From contig CBDAOB010000005.1 in assembly GCA_965197905.1 (NCBI GenBank), forward strand, positions 2,613,161-2,677,160: a stretch of 64,000 nucleotides of DNA, read 5' to 3'. The number at the start of each line of letters is the position of its first letter. Position 1 is the first letter of the stretch. The notes beneath the pieces are model-generated. The model saw only the letters and a program-made list of their open reading frames with translations. It did not search any database and was not told the origin of the DNA. The position numbers were made by a program, and so were the translations under genes. Positions 28,513 through 39,450 of this stretch are shown piece by piece. The stretch is from Candidatus Latescibacterota bacterium (GTDB taxonomy: Bacteria; Latescibacterota; UBA2968; UBA8231).

Positions 28513-30642
28513 ATGAGTGAAGACCTCGAAAATCCTGCCTTTTTTATAAATCGAGAGCTCTCCTGGCTCGATTTCAACGTCCGGGTGCTGGAGGAAGCCC
28601 AGGATCCGCGCAATCCGCTCCTCGAGCGGGTAAAGTTCCTCGCCATCGTCGCCAACAATCTCGACGAGTTCTTCGAGGTGCGCGTAGCTGGGCTCCTGCA
28701 GTTGCGACAGGGCGGATCCCTCTCGTCGGGCCCCGACCAGCTAACGCCCGAAGACCTGTTGGAGCGGATTGCGGAGAAGGCACACCGTCAGGTAGAGGAT
28801 CAGTACGAATGCTGGAACGAGGATTTACTTCCGGCGCTGTCCGCTGAAAATATCCACCTGCTGGAAGAACAGGCCCTGAACGAAACCCATCTGAATTTCA
28901 TCACACGTTATTGGCGGGAGGAACTGGAACCAATTTTGACGCCGATCGTGGTCGATCCTGCGCACCCGTTCCCCCACGTCATCAACAAGGCGCTCTGCAT
29001 CGGGGCATTGTTGCAATCGGAAGGGACCGATGTTCTCGGGGTCGTGACAGTGCCCCGCGTGTTGCCCCGAATCCTACGGCTGCCTGACAACGGAAAAGGC
29101 ATCAACTTCGTCACCCTAGCCGACATCATGGACACGCTAATCAAGGAGCTGTTCAGCGGTCATAGGGTGCTGGCATCGGCCGCGTTTCGAGTCACGCGCA
29201 ACAGCGAGCTCTACGTCAACGAGGAAGAGGCGGATAACCTCATGGAGGAGATCGCTGAACAGCTGAAGAATCAGCTGAAGGGGGATAGCGTTCGACTGGA
29301 GATTGCCTCGGATGCGCCGAACAGGTTGTTGAATCTCTTGCAACGGCAGTTCCATCTGGATGATGACCAGATCTATCGGGCCAATGGACCGGTCAATCTC
29401 CATCGAGTGCTGACGCTCTATGATGAGGTGCCGCGTCCCGACCTCAAGTTCAAGCCGTTTTCGCCGGTAGTTCGCGACCTACCGAGAGAACCGGAGCCTT
29501 TCTTTGATTCGTTGCGACGCAAAGACATCCTCGTGCATCATCCCTACGAATCGTTCGACACGGTTATCGATTTCATCAAAATGGCTGCCATCGACCCCAA
29601 GGTGTTGGCGATCAAACAGACACTCTATCGGACAGGTGACGATTCTCAGGTGGCCCAGGTCCTGATCGACGCCGCCGGACGAGGAAAAGAGGTCACCGTG
29701 CTGGTGGAGCTAAAAGCGCGAGGTGACGAAGCGGCCAATATCGAATGGGCTAAGAGGCTCGAGGATTCGGGCGTGCACGTCGTCTACGGGGTGATGGGAC
29801 TGAAGACCCATTGCAAGCTGTCGATGTTGGTGCGTCGAGATTTCGACCGCCTGCGTCGCTACGCGCATCTGGGCACCGGCAACTACAACCAAACGACGGC
29901 TCGGTTCTACACCGATCTCGGCTTGATCACGGCGAGACCGGACATCACCGAAGAGGTCGCGGATGTCTTCAATCTGCTGACGACCCACTCGCACGGGGCA
30001 TCGTTCAAGAAACTAATGGTCGCTCCTTCAACGTTGCTGCGGGGCACGCGAGACCGCATTCAACGGGAGATCGATTTCGCCAGTGCGGGAAAACCAGCCG
30101 CCGTTATCGCGAAGATGAACGGCCTCATGGATCCCGAGATAATCAGGGACCTTTACCGGGCCTCGCAGGCCGGGGTGCAGATAGATCTCGTAGTTCGCGG
30201 CATCTGTTGCCTGCGACCGGGCTTGAAGGGGATAAGCGACAACATTCGAGTCTACAGTATCATCGGCCGTTTTCTGGAACACAGCCGGATCTTCTATTTC
30301 GCCAACGGCGGTGATATGGAGATCTGGATGGGCAGCGCCGACTGGATGAATCGGAATCTTCGCGGCAGGGTGGAGGTGGTGTTCCCGGTGGAAGACGAGG
30401 AACTGAAACGGCGGACCTATCGAGAGTTAGTCGAGCTGTGCTTGAGCGATCGGCTCAAATCCCGGGAACTGGACGCCGAAGGCGGCTACGCCCGTCGCAC
30501 CGCGAGAAACGGGGAGGCCCAAGTCAACCTCCAGGAAGCTCTGATGCAGATCGCCCAGGGTCGACAGCCGGAATTTCCGGTAGCGACAATGAAGGAGGAA
30601 AACGGTCGGCACGGGAAGACCGGACCCGCCGTCACCCGCTGA
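28513..30642 (+). CDS. ppk1: Polyphosphate kinase 1
   Basis: FINRELSWLDFN.RVL, NLDEFFEVRV, HHPYESF, KTHCK, HLGTGNYN, GRFLEHSR, SADWMNRN. Confidence 0.97.
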   Translation: MSEDLENPAFFINRELSWLDFNVRVLEEAQDPRNPLLERVKFLAIVANNLDEFFEVRVAGLLQLRQGGSLSSGPDQLTPEDLLERIAEKAHRQVEDQYECWNEDLLPALSAENIHLLEEQALNETHLNFITRYWREELEPILTPIVVDPAHPFPHVINKALCIGALLQSEGTDVLGVVTVPRVLPRILRLPDNGKGINFVTLADIMDTLIKELFSGHRVLASAAFRVTRNSELYVNEEEADNLMEEIAEQLKNQLKGDSVRLEIASDAPNRLLNLLQRQFHLDDDQIYRANGPVNLHRVLTLYDEVPRPDLKFKPFSPVVRDLPREPEPFFDSLRRKDILVHHPYESFDTVIDFIKMAAIDPKVLAIKQTLYRTGDDSQVAQVLIDAAGRGKEVTVLVELKARGDEAANIEWAKRLEDSGVHVVYGVMGLKTHCKLSMLVRRDFDRLRRYAHLGTGNYNQTTARFYTDLGLITARPDITEEVADVFNLLTTHSHGASFKKLMVAPSTLLRGTRDRIQREIDFASAGKPAAVIAKMNGLMDPEIIRDLYRASQAGVQIDLVVRGICCLRPGLKGISDNIRVYSIIGRFLEHSRIFYFANGGDMEIWMGSADWMNRNLRGRVEVVFPVEDEELKRRTYRELVELCLSDRLKSRELDAEGGYARRTARNGEAQVNLQEALMQIAQGRQPEFPVATMKEENGRHGKTGPAVTR

Positions 30643-30648
30643 GGTCGC

Positions 30649-33168
30649 TTACTTAAAGACCGGGAAAACCATGGGGCCGCCCTCGTCCGAGCGGACACAC
30701 CCGTTGATGAGCTCGCTTGGGGAACCGCAGAATAGTTGGTTCGTGCGACCCACCGTGAAGAGGTACTTCCTTCCCGTTTGCAGTTCCTCCGTACCCTCTG
30801 CATCCGCCTTCTTTTTGGCAGCGGCATGGACGCGGCTCGGCTTGTATTCCCGCATCTCGAAAAGATCAACGAAGCTGCCATCTTCGTACCCGTCGACGGT
30901 GGCCAACTGGCCTTTGTCGTCCACTCTGACGTAATACTCCCGCAGGTTGGGATTCTCGGCGACCTTCTCCAGGCTGACAACCGACAGGGCGAAGGAAGGT
31001 TTCTCCTGGTGGCGCCGGTTCTCTGCTTCGAATTCCAGACTGCCCACCAGAATCTCGCGCATCGCCGTCTTGAGCTTTCCCATCACCTCTTCCGGCTTGT
31101 GTGCCGGACTTAGCAGCGCCCAGGACTGACTCGCGAGATACTTGTAAGCGGTGTCGAAGATGTCACCGTAACCAGTTGGCATGAGCATCTCGGCAGGAAT
31201 CTGACCAGGTGGCGGTGAAGGCGGTTCGATCTCCTCGAATTGCAAAGGATCCTCAGCGAACCCCTCCTTCAGCCCGGACAGGGTTTTCGTGCTACCTTCC
31301 GAATGCAGGCCTACCAGGTAGGACTTGCACGTCTGTATCACCTCCTCGACGAACTTTTCCGCCTGGAACTGCTCGAACAAGGAGCGCGTGTCCGTATCGG
31401 CTTTTTGTCGTGCCAATCCAAGGAGATCGCCGTCGTTCACCTGGTCCGTAATGGAGCGCAACGCCTCTTCGTAATACTTCGTAACGCCCTCAGCCGAATA
31501 CTCATCCGGATGCTCGTCGGAGAAGCTGAAATTGGTCTTGAGGGCCTCCAGGCGGACCAAGGTAACTGCGGCGTGATCCAGTATTTTTTGAGAGGACCCA
31601 ATGCGCGGTCCCCCGCCTCGAATGTCTTGTTGCCGCTGGCGACGGTGTTCATGAATCCGCTCACCTCGATAGTGAAGTTGCGGTTCTTCACTACCCGCTG
31701 ATCCTGACCATGGAGTAGCTGTCCGGCGCTGTGATATTGGGCAATCTTCTTGATCACGCTGTAAGCCTTGTTGCTGCCCGTCGTCGATGTTGTGATGGTT
31801 CTCGCGGCGCCACGCAGATTCTTGAAATCGGTCCCGGGCTCCAGAAATAGGCTCCAGATCTCCTGATCCGACGACTCGATGGAGGACAACAAGCGCGCAA
31901 TCTCCTGGGCACGTGCGCTGAGTTCCGGCAGGCTCGTTTCCGCGGATTCAACGATATCGGCCGCCGAGACGTCGACGCCAGAATCGACGTCACCAGTCTC
32001 TATAAATCCACTCCGGTTGCCCGTCTTTTTGCCTCCACCCTGGGACTTGATGATCGCGGACGCACGCTCCGTTGAACTCATGCCACTCGTCGCTCCCGCT
32101 GCGCCCCCAGCAGATCCCCCTCCCGCAGCGCCGCCACCACCACCTCCTCCACCACCAGCACCACCTCCGCCACCGAGGCTACTCACCGCAGGACCGCCTG
32201 AGCTGCGCCCAGAGGAAATCTTACGCGGTTTGCCCGCGTTCTGTGCCGCCTCGATGCGTTTTGCGATAGCCTGGGCTTCTTCCATGGAAGGAATATTCGC
32301 CCCCATGGGCCTGAAGAGGCCTACGGCTTTTGCGCGGTGATCGAGCAGAGCGGAAGCGCTCTCGTCCACCTCATCCTCGTCTCCGGCGGCAGCCTCCACT
32401 TGGTAGATCTCTTGTAATGCATTTTTGAACCTTGTCAGGAACTCGTCGAAGCGATCGTCGTCATCTTCATCGTCATCGTCGTCCTCATCATCGTCGTCAT
32501 CCTCATCCTCATCAACGTCATCCTCATCCTCATCATCGTCGTCTTCGTCATGCGCCTCAGCGGCACTGTTCTGATCGTCAGTGGAATCCGTACCATCCAG
32601 ACAGCTCCTGACCGCGTCGGCAAAGCTCGACGTGCCAAGCGACTTCAACCCGAGTCCAACAATCTGCTCGATGTTTCCCCTTTTCTCGATCACCGGCTTC
32701 AACACGCCGCTCAAGCTGATGCTGGCGCCGGGCAACACCTTCGCAACCAAAACCGCAGAACAAACCGCCGTCAGGAAGCGTTCGACGAAGGCGTAGGTAT
32801 GCTCGTCCGGAGGAGCTTCTGCTACGGCTCTCTTAATAGTACTGCAGCAAGGAACTTTTGATCTTCCCCTTGGTTAGCCGTTCGTCCTTCAGAGAGTAAA
32901 GGAAGGTGACCGTGTGGAGGATCTTGGAGACCTCCTCCTTGAAGTCGAAGAGATCGAGGTCGAGCCGTGCCGCCCGCATCTGCAGTATGTAGGCAACCTC
33001 GGGAATCTTGCGGGTGGCGATGAAGATCGGTTGGCAGATTTCCTCCCACACATCGACGGCGTCGGAGGGATCCACTTCGAGCATCGTGCACCATTGCCGC
33101 CAGGTGCGCGCGGGAATTCGGCTTTGGCTCTGAAGTCGCGAGAGACCGTCAGTTTCAGTTTTCGACAT
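30649..33168 (-). CDS. Hypothetical ~840 aa protein with poly-Asp/Glu and Gly-rich tracts; three ORF pieces joined across two frameshifts
   Basis: ORF 32833..33168 joins 31437..32750 by removing one base at ~32835 (LLQYY-KRAVAEAPP). That piece joins 30649..31560 by adding one A at T6 31584-31589 (PLKK-ILDHAAVTLVRLE). Confidence 0.6.
32455..32552 (-). repeat. Low-complexity GAY/GAR codon run encoding an acidic tract
   Basis: About 30 nearly uninterrupted Asp/Glu codons (DEDDDDEDEDDVDEDEDDDDDEDDDDDEDDDD). Confidence 0.85.
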
Positions 33169-33489
33169 AGACAGAGAAGCGTGTTTGTGGGACTTGTAGA
33201 AACATTAGAATATAACCTGCCACGCAAAAAGAAACCAAGTTACAATCCAACCAACTGTTGCTGACTAGGTATTGCGGGTTCGAGAGATTAATTTTTAGAT
33301 AAAAATCATGATTTTGGATAATATAGGAACCGTGTCGAAGAGCCAGAGATTGGTGCATATCATGCCCGTAACGGCGTGACTCATGCGGAATTTTTGCAGG
33401 CCTACAGAGGCCTTTTTCTCGAGTAGCGCGGAAGCCTTTTCTAATGTATATTCTTCGTTGACATGACATTATTCGCCGGGAAGCGGGGC

Positions 33490-34269
33490 ATGAATCAGGA
33501 CATCGGTGATCTGCTGAATGACTGGCCGTTTGATCCGAACGAATTCACCGCCCGCCGTATTGCCGCCAAGGATGGTTCTGAAAAACTCCAGATTCGTATG
33601 GATCTCGGCATCATGCAACTGGAGGTCGAAGGTCGGCCCGACGGGCAACGCCCCGAAGGCTTCTCATCCCTCCTAGAATTCTGCGAAAACACCCGGGACG
33701 ATGCCTCAAACTCCGACAATGACGAGTTCGTACTCAACGAATCGGAGTGCGAGGATCTCTTCCAGGAAGCCTGGCAGTACTATCACCGCTACTTGAGTCT
33801 GTTCTATCTCGAGGATTACTCCGGCGTCGTGCGCAACACTGATCATATCCTCAATATCTTCAGCTTGGTCCAGGAGTTCGCCGACAACGACGAGGTGAAG
33901 TGGTATTTCGATCAGTATTATGCCCACGCCATCATGATGCAGACGCGGGCAAAAGCGATGGCCGCGCTGGCAGATTCCGACTATCCCAACGCCCTGAGCG
34001 AGATCGAGTCAGGTATCGGAGACTTGGAGCGTTACGTCGAGGATTGGGAAGGGGATGTGATGGAAGAAGACCTGCCCGAGCTTTCTTTCCTGCGCGACTG
34101 GCAGGAAGAGTTGGAGCAGAAGAGACCGTTATCCAAACGGGAGCAACTCGAGCGAGATTTGAACGTGGCGGTGGAGAGCGAAAACTTCGAAGAAGCAGCC
34201 CGTCTGCGGGACAAGATCAGCACCACATGGCCCCATGGTCCAAGACGCCACTTCAGGCCTGAACGCTAA
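33490..34269 (+). CDS. UvrB/UvrC (UVR) motif-containing conserved hypothetical protein
   Basis: KLQIRMDLGIMQLEVEGRPDGQRP N-terminus; C-terminal LxxAVESENFEEAARLRDKI UVR motif. Confidence 0.82.
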   Translation: MNQDIGDLLNDWPFDPNEFTARRIAAKDGSEKLQIRMDLGIMQLEVEGRPDGQRPEGFSSLLEFCENTRDDASNSDNDEFVLNESECEDLFQEAWQYYHRYLSLFYLEDYSGVVRNTDHILNIFSLVQEFADNDEVKWYFDQYYAHAIMMQTRAKAMAALADSDYPNALSEIESGIGDLERYVEDWEGDVMEEDLPELSFLRDWQEELEQKRPLSKREQLERDLNVAVESENFEEAARLRDKISTTWPHGPRRHFRPER

Positions 34270-34304
34270 TTCTCACCTAGTACGAACGCACTCCAAAGCA
34301 ACAC

Positions 34305-35105
34305 CTACAACCCCAGCACATCGAACATCGAGTAGAACCCCGGTTGGGCGCCGGCCGCGAAGTGCACCGCCCTCAGGGCCCCGAGAGCGAAAGCGTCGCG
34401 GCTCGTGGCGTGGTGGCGCAGCTCGAGAAATTCGCCCGGTGCACCGAAAAAGACCGAGTGATCCCCGGCGACATCCCCGAGGCGCAACGCGTGCATGCCG
34501 ATCTCTTGTCGAGTACGCTCGCCGGTGAACCCGTCGCGTCCATGGACCACGACTTCGGAAAGATTTCGCTGCAACCCCTCAGCCGCTTTTTCGGCAAGCC
34601 TTAGAGCCGATCCGCTAGGTGCATCCACCTTCAACCGGTGATGCGCTTCAACGACTTCCACATCGTACTCATCACCGAGGATGCGCGCCGCTTCCTCCAC
34701 CAGCTTGAACAGCACGTTCATGGCCGTACTGTAGTTGGGTGCGAAAACGCAGGGAACGTCGGCTACGGTGCTTTTGAACTCTACAAGCTGATCTTCCGTC
34801 AAGCCAGTGGTTCCCACCACCATGGCGGCCCCTTTTTCGGCGCATACAATGGCATCCGCCAAGGTTGCCTCCGGCGCCGTAAAGGCGATGGCGACCTGGT
34901 CTTTTCTCAAGATCGACGACAACTCGCTCGTCACGGTCAGACCAAGCGCGCTCGCGCTGATGGTCGTACCCACATCGGTTCCCACCGCTGCGTGGGTCGG
35001 CGACTCGGTACCTCCGGCCAGCTTCAGCTGTTCATCGGCCAGGGCGAGATGAGCCAACCGCTGGCCCATACGCCCGGCTACTCCGCATACGACGACTTCA
35101 GTCAC
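34305..35105 (-). CDS. dapB: 4-hydroxy-tetrahydrodipicolinate reductase
   Basis: GVAGRMG, VVGTTG, APNYS, EAHHRLKVDAPSG, FALGAL. Confidence 0.96.
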   Translation of the reverse strand: MTEVVVCGVAGRMGQRLAHLALADEQLKLAGGTESPTHAAVGTDVGTTISASALGLTVTSELSSILRKDQVAIAFTAPEATLADAIVCAEKGAAMVVGTTGLTEDQLVEFKSTVADVPCVFAPNYSTAMNVLFKLVEEAARILGDEYDVEVVEAHHRLKVDAPSGSALRLAEKAAEGLQRNLSEVVVHGRDGFTGERTRQEIGMHALRLGDVAGDHSVFFGAPGEFLELRHHATSRDAFALGALRAVHFAAGAQPGFYSMFDVLGL

Positions 35106-35141
35106 GGACGCGATTCTCCTGGTGCCTGTTTAGCGGCACTG

Positions 35142-36179
35142 TTAGTAGGAAGCGTAGGTCAGGCGATCGACCAGGCTGGTGTCAGCGAGCCTGCTATCGA
35201 TGTCAACGTCGAAGGCTTCAGCTATGGGTGCAAGTGCACCCGAATCGGCGCTCTGAACCTTCCTGGCGGCATCGACGACTACCTGTATTCCTGCCTTCGT
35301 CATCTTGCCCAGAGGCCGGCGACATGGGCCCGAAGGCATACCGAGAACATTCATGAGGGTCTTTATGCCCAGCGGATTGCGCGCCTTGCACAGCACCGGA
35401 CCCCGAGAGCTCTCCTCGGTCGTGGAGACCGTTACGATCTGAAAGAGCGGCTGGAGATCGGAGGCCAGCTTGTCGGCCGTTTCGAGGTCGCCTGCCGACA
35501 ACAGCTCGGTGAGCTTTTGGATGGGGCCGGGTATCACGTTGGAAGCTACCGATATCACACCCTGCGCCTCGATGTCGGAACTCTTCATCATAGCAACCGT
35601 CATGTCGTCGTCGCCGGAAAGGATATCGAAATCGTCCCCGCACACTTTCCGGGTCTTGGCCATGTTTTCCAGGTCGCCCGTCGCCTCCTTTACGGAGGAG
35701 ACATTGTCGTACTGGTCCGCCAGAATGGCGAGATCCTCCACCTGCATCATGCAGCCGGTGCGACCGGGAATGATGTACGGAATCACCTGAACGCCGGGAA
35801 AACCGGCTGCGACCGGCTCGACATACTCGCGCCGAATCTCCAGCGAGCTGGGACCGTTGTAATACGGATCCACCAGCAACAAGGCGTCGGCGCCGGCATG
35901 GGCCGCGTGCTCGCTCGCTTCCATGGTCTCCTGGGTCGAGTTGCTCCCGGTACCCGCAATGGACAAGGAGCGGCCCTTGGTCCGCTTGCAGGTGCGGTCT
36001 ATAAGCTCATTGTGCTCCTCCCAATTAAGCGTCGGACTCTCACCGGTGGTGCCCGCCGCCAGAATGCCCTGGCATTTGTTGGCGATCTGGAAATCGATCA
36101 GCTTTTCGACCCCGGAATAGTCGATGCTTCCGTCCTCCTGCATCGGCGTCACCAACGCCGTATAACATCCTTTGAACAT
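35142..36179 (-). CDS. dapA: 4-hydroxy-tetrahydrodipicolinate synthase
   Basis: TALVTP, AGTTGESPTL, GTGSNST, PYYN, Y.IPGRTG, KEATG, SGDD; adjacent to dapB. Confidence 0.95.
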   Translation of the reverse strand: MFKGCYTALVTPMQEDGSIDYSGVEKLIDFQIANKCQGILAAGTTGESPTLNWEEHNELIDRTCKRTKGRSLSIAGTGSNSTQETMEASEHAAHAGADALLLVDPYYNGPSSLEIRREYVEPVAAGFPGVQVIPYIIPGRTGCMMQVEDLAILADQYDNVSSVKEATGDLENMAKTRKVCGDDFDILSGDDDMTVAMMKSSDIEAQGVISVASNVIPGPIQKLTELLSAGDLETADKLASDLQPLFQIVTVSTTEESSRGPVLCKARNPLGIKTLMNVLGMPSGPCRRPLGKMTKAGIQVVVDAARKVQSADSGALAPIAEAFDVDIDSRLADTSLVDRLTYASY

Positions 36180-36258
36180 GATTCACACCTCGTTCGGTGG
36201 ACCTTGCGGCGAGGTCCTGAAAACGTCTATTTCGATCGGGGATTGACCAGCGTCGGAA

Positions 36259-36287
36259 ACAATAACGCGACCGAAATTCAATGTCAA
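36259..36287 (-). promoter_or_regulatory. Putative sigma70 promoter for dapA-dapB
   Basis: TTGACA (36287-36282), 17 nt, TATTGT (36264-36259). Confidence 0.45.
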
Positions 36288-36306
36288 CCGAAGGAGGTGA
36301 GCAGGA

Positions 36307-37482
36307 ATGCCTACTGAACTGAGCATGCGTTACGGGTGCAATCCAAACCAGGGCGACGCCCGCGTTTTCATGCCCGGCGGTGGGAACCTTCCCCTTGAAG
36401 TGCTAAACGGCGCGCCCAGCTACATCAACATGATGGACGCTCTGAACTCCTGGCAGCTGGTGCGTGACCTGCGAAGAGCCCTCGAGCAACCTGCAGCGGC
36501 TTCCTTCAAGCATGTTAGCCCCGCGGGCGCAGCGGTAGCCGTGCCGTTGGACGATGCCCTGCGTGAGGCGTATTTCGTCGCCGACATGGAGCTGAGCCCG
36601 CTGGCCACTGCCTACGCCCGGGCGCGCGGTGCGGACCGGCTGGCGGCGTTTGGAGATTGGGTTGCGCTCAGCGACGAGGTGGACGAATCCACCGCCCGGC
36701 TGATCAAACGGGAGGTTTCGGACGGAGTTATCGCACCGAGCTATTCCGCGACAGCCATCGAGTTGTTGAAAACGAAAAAAGGGGGAAATTACCCCGTTTT
36801 TCAGATCGATCCCGACTTCGGACCAGGGCCGCTTGAGCAGCGTGAGCTGTTCGGCATGGCGCTGCAACAGGAACGCAACACATTTCTACCAGACGACAGC
36901 TTCTTCGCGAACATCGTCACGGTGAACCGGGAACTCTCTGAACAGGCACGTCGGGATCTGACCGTGGCTACGATCGCGGTGAAGTACACGCAATCCAATT
37001 CCGTCTGCCTGGCGTTCGATGGTCAGGTCATCGGCAACGGAGCTGGACAGCAGTCCCGGGTGCATTGCGTGCGTCTGGCGGCTTCCAAAGCAGACAACTG
37101 GTATCTACGGCAGCACCCGCACGTCCGCGCCTTGAGGTTCAAGAAGGGCGTCAAGAGGTCGGAACGCATCAACGCCATCGACCTGTTTCTCCAGGAAGAA
37201 GCTACACCCACGGAGCTGCGCGCCTGGGAGCAAAATTTCGCCGAAGTGCCCCAGCGTCTGAACGCCGAAGAGAAGCGGAGCTGGCTAGATAGGTTGGAAG
37301 GGGTCGCCCTGAGCTCGGACGCGTTCTTTCCCTTTCGCGACAACCTGGACCGCGCTTTCCGCAGCGGCGTTAAATACGTGGTTCAGGCGGGGGGCTCAAT
37401 CCAGGACGCCGAAGTCGTTGCCGCCGCCGACGAATACGAAATGGTGATGATTCATTCCGGCGTGCGCCTGTTTCACCATTGA
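36307..37482 (+). CDS. purH: AICAR transformylase (PurH-like, lacking the IMP cyclohydrolase domain)
   Basis: RYGCNPNQ, SFKHVSPAGAA, KYTQSNSV, GAGQQSR, SSDAFFPFRD, RLFHH; only 391 aa. Confidence 0.9.
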   Translation: MPTELSMRYGCNPNQGDARVFMPGGGNLPLEVLNGAPSYINMMDALNSWQLVRDLRRALEQPAAASFKHVSPAGAAVAVPLDDALREAYFVADMELSPLATAYARARGADRLAAFGDWVALSDEVDESTARLIKREVSDGVIAPSYSATAIELLKTKKGGNYPVFQIDPDFGPGPLEQRELFGMALQQERNTFLPDDSFFANIVTVNRELSEQARRDLTVATIAVKYTQSNSVCLAFDGQVIGNGAGQQSRVHCVRLAASKADNWYLRQHPHVRALRFKKGVKRSERINAIDLFLQEEATPTELRAWEQNFAEVPQRLNAEEKRSWLDRLEGVALSSDAFFPFRDNLDRAFRSGVKYVVQAGGSIQDAEVVAAADEYEMVMIHSGVRLFHH

Positions 37483-37485
37483 TCG

Positions 37486-39438
37486 CTACTGCGTCACCAC
37501 CTCACGACCGAAGCTGTCGGCGAAGATAAAGAAGTCGTCGAAATCCACAGTGCCGTTGCCGTTCAGGTCGAACAACGGGTCGAAGCCCCCATCCTGAAGC
37601 GACGCACCGAAGTTGTCAGCAAACAGGAAGAAGTCGTCGAAGTCCACCACCGGATCGTCATTGAAGAGACCCTGGACCGGCCTGCCTTCTGCGTCCCGGG
37701 GCAGTTCGGGCTCACCAATAACGACGGTACGCCTGCGGTCTCCCGCAGTTCCTCCGCGAATGACCTCCTCCGCCAGGTTGTCCCGATCTTTAGCCAGTAC
37801 TTTGTAGCGGTAGGTACCATCGTCGGAAACCGGTGCGTCCACATACTCGCCGAAGCCGACCCCCACATCGGTCAAATGTTCGAACAAGGCGTCGTCGACG
37901 CTGCGGTAGATGCTGTAGCCGGTGATGGCAACCCGCTGCACTCGGCGGCCGTTGAACACGAACCACATCACCTGACCGTCCCCTTCCGGCAGAGTCCAAG
38001 TCAAAGTAACTGCATCGTCCGCCCACTGCGCCAACAGATCGATTGGCGGTTGCGGCGGCAGATTGTCCCGGCCGGCAGCGCGCCCGCCGCTCACTGTCAG
38101 ACCGCTGGGCGGGGTCGAGAGCACGACCGGTGTGACTATGTCCAGCCGGCTCCTTCGTTCGGCTGCCCGCACCTGAGCACTGACCACCAACGCCGTATCC
38201 TGTCCTATCAGTCGAACGCTGGTGCGCGCAACTCCGGCGGATGGAACGACCACCGATGGACCCACGACGACGCCGGCCCCGCTGGCGACGCGAAAAACCA
38301 CATCACTGGAATCCTCCACGGCAGGCTCGCCAAAGGTGTCGAAGAGCTCTGCCACCACCTCCACCAGGTTGGAGTCCTCCACCGCTCGCGCAAGCGACAG
38401 ACCGATATTCGTGGCCGGAGCTACCACCCCCACCGTAAGCGCCACAGACTGCAATCCGGAAAGCTGCGCCTCGATCCGTACTGCTGTACTCGGAATCCCC
38501 TCGAACACCGCATCGACCACGCCGGCGGTCACGATCTGTCGGGTCCCCTCTGAGAAGACCCCCTCTCCTTGCACATCAAACACGATCTGAGAATGATCGT
38601 TGGTCGACAGAGCTTCCCCGGCGCGATTCTGAACCACCACCCGGAAAACCAGCTCGATGTCGCCGGCATCGGTGAGCCGTTCCTCCACGAGCTCCAATCC
38701 CAGCTGGTACGGTACGCCGGTTCGAGGCGCACCCGAAGCCAGCGCCGCCAACTCCGCCGGATCCATGTCGAAGCTATCCAGAAGCTCCCCACTGTCCGGA
38801 TCGAGCACGGCCAGAATCCCGGCTTCGAAATCGGTGACGAACAGGCGATCGCCGATCAGAGCCAGCCCGGTAGGCAGCTCCAACTCCGTTTCCAGCTCAT
38901 TGATCACCATGCCGTCTTCCGGGTCGATCTCGAAGATCTTTCCTGGGCGAATTCGGCTGGCAAATACCCGATCGCTGCCCGCCCCCAAACCCCCAACGAG
39001 ATCCACGCCCGGCTCCAATATATCCACCACGGTTCCGTTCTTCGAATCGAGCTTGTAGATCCGGTCTTCCAGGAAACTCACGGCATATAGCTGGTCGCCG
39101 CAGTAGGCCAGTCCATCGACGGAATTGGTCGGCGACGGAATACTGTTCCAAATTGTACCGTCTTGTGGATTCAGTTCGTAGATTCGTTGATCCGGATCGG
39201 TGGCGTCGGCGAAGTACAGGCTCGTACCCGAATACGCCAGACCGCAAGGACCCTCCGGTCTGCACAGAACCGGAGTGGGAAAGGATTCGAGGACACTGCC
39301 ATCCTCCGAGTCGATCAGCAAGATCTGGCTGTTTGCGGCATCCAACCCGAACAACCGCTCCTGACCCGCAACGCCGGCGGGTAGCGCCAGGAGACCAACC
39401 ACCGCGAAAAGCCGTAGCCTCGTCATGATAACCTGCAT
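37486..39438 (-). CDS. Secreted beta-propeller + Ig-like + FN3 + C-terminal dockerin/EF-hand protein
   Basis: Signal peptide (..LPAGVAG/Q); propeller blades (GLAYSGTSLYF, GLAYCGDQLY, GLALIGDRLF; DPxDG turns); FN3 (PPQPP..LTW..GYSIYR..YRYKV); twin DFDDFFxFADxFG motifs. Confidence 0.8.
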   Translation of the reverse strand: MQVIMTRLRLFAVVGLLALPAGVAGQERLFGLDAANSQILLIDSEDGSVLESFPTPVLCRPEGPCGLAYSGTSLYFADATDPDQRIYELNPQDGTIWNSIPSPTNSVDGLAYCGDQLYAVSFLEDRIYKLDSKNGTVVDILEPGVDLVGGLGAGSDRVFASRIRPGKIFEIDPEDGMVINELETELELPTGLALIGDRLFVTDFEAGILAVLDPDSGELLDSFDMDPAELAALASGAPRTGVPYQLGLELVEERLTDAGDIELVFRVVVQNRAGEALSTNDHSQIVFDVQGEGVFSEGTRQIVTAGVVDAVFEGIPSTAVRIEAQLSGLQSVALTVGVVAPATNIGLSLARAVEDSNLVEVVAELFDTFGEPAVEDSSDVVFRVASGAGVVVGPSVVVPSAGVARTSVRLIGQDTALVVSAQVRAAERRSRLDIVTPVVLSTPPSGLTVSGGRAAGRDNLPPQPPIDLLAQWADDAVTLTWTLPEGDGQVMWFVFNGRRVQRVAITGYSIYRSVDDALFEHLTDVGVGFGEYVDAPVSDDGTYRYKVLAKDRDNLAEEVIRGGTAGDRRRTVVIGEPELPRDAEGRPVQGLFNDDPVVDFDDFFLFADNFGASLQDGGFDPLFDLNGNGTVDFDDFFIFADSFGREVVTQ

Positions 39439-39450
39439 CCCTCCACTGGT

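Noticed and set aside
34638..36317. 559 aa + strand ORF
   Set aside because: Antisense shadow of dapA/dapB with no recognisable motifs; expected in high-GC DNA.
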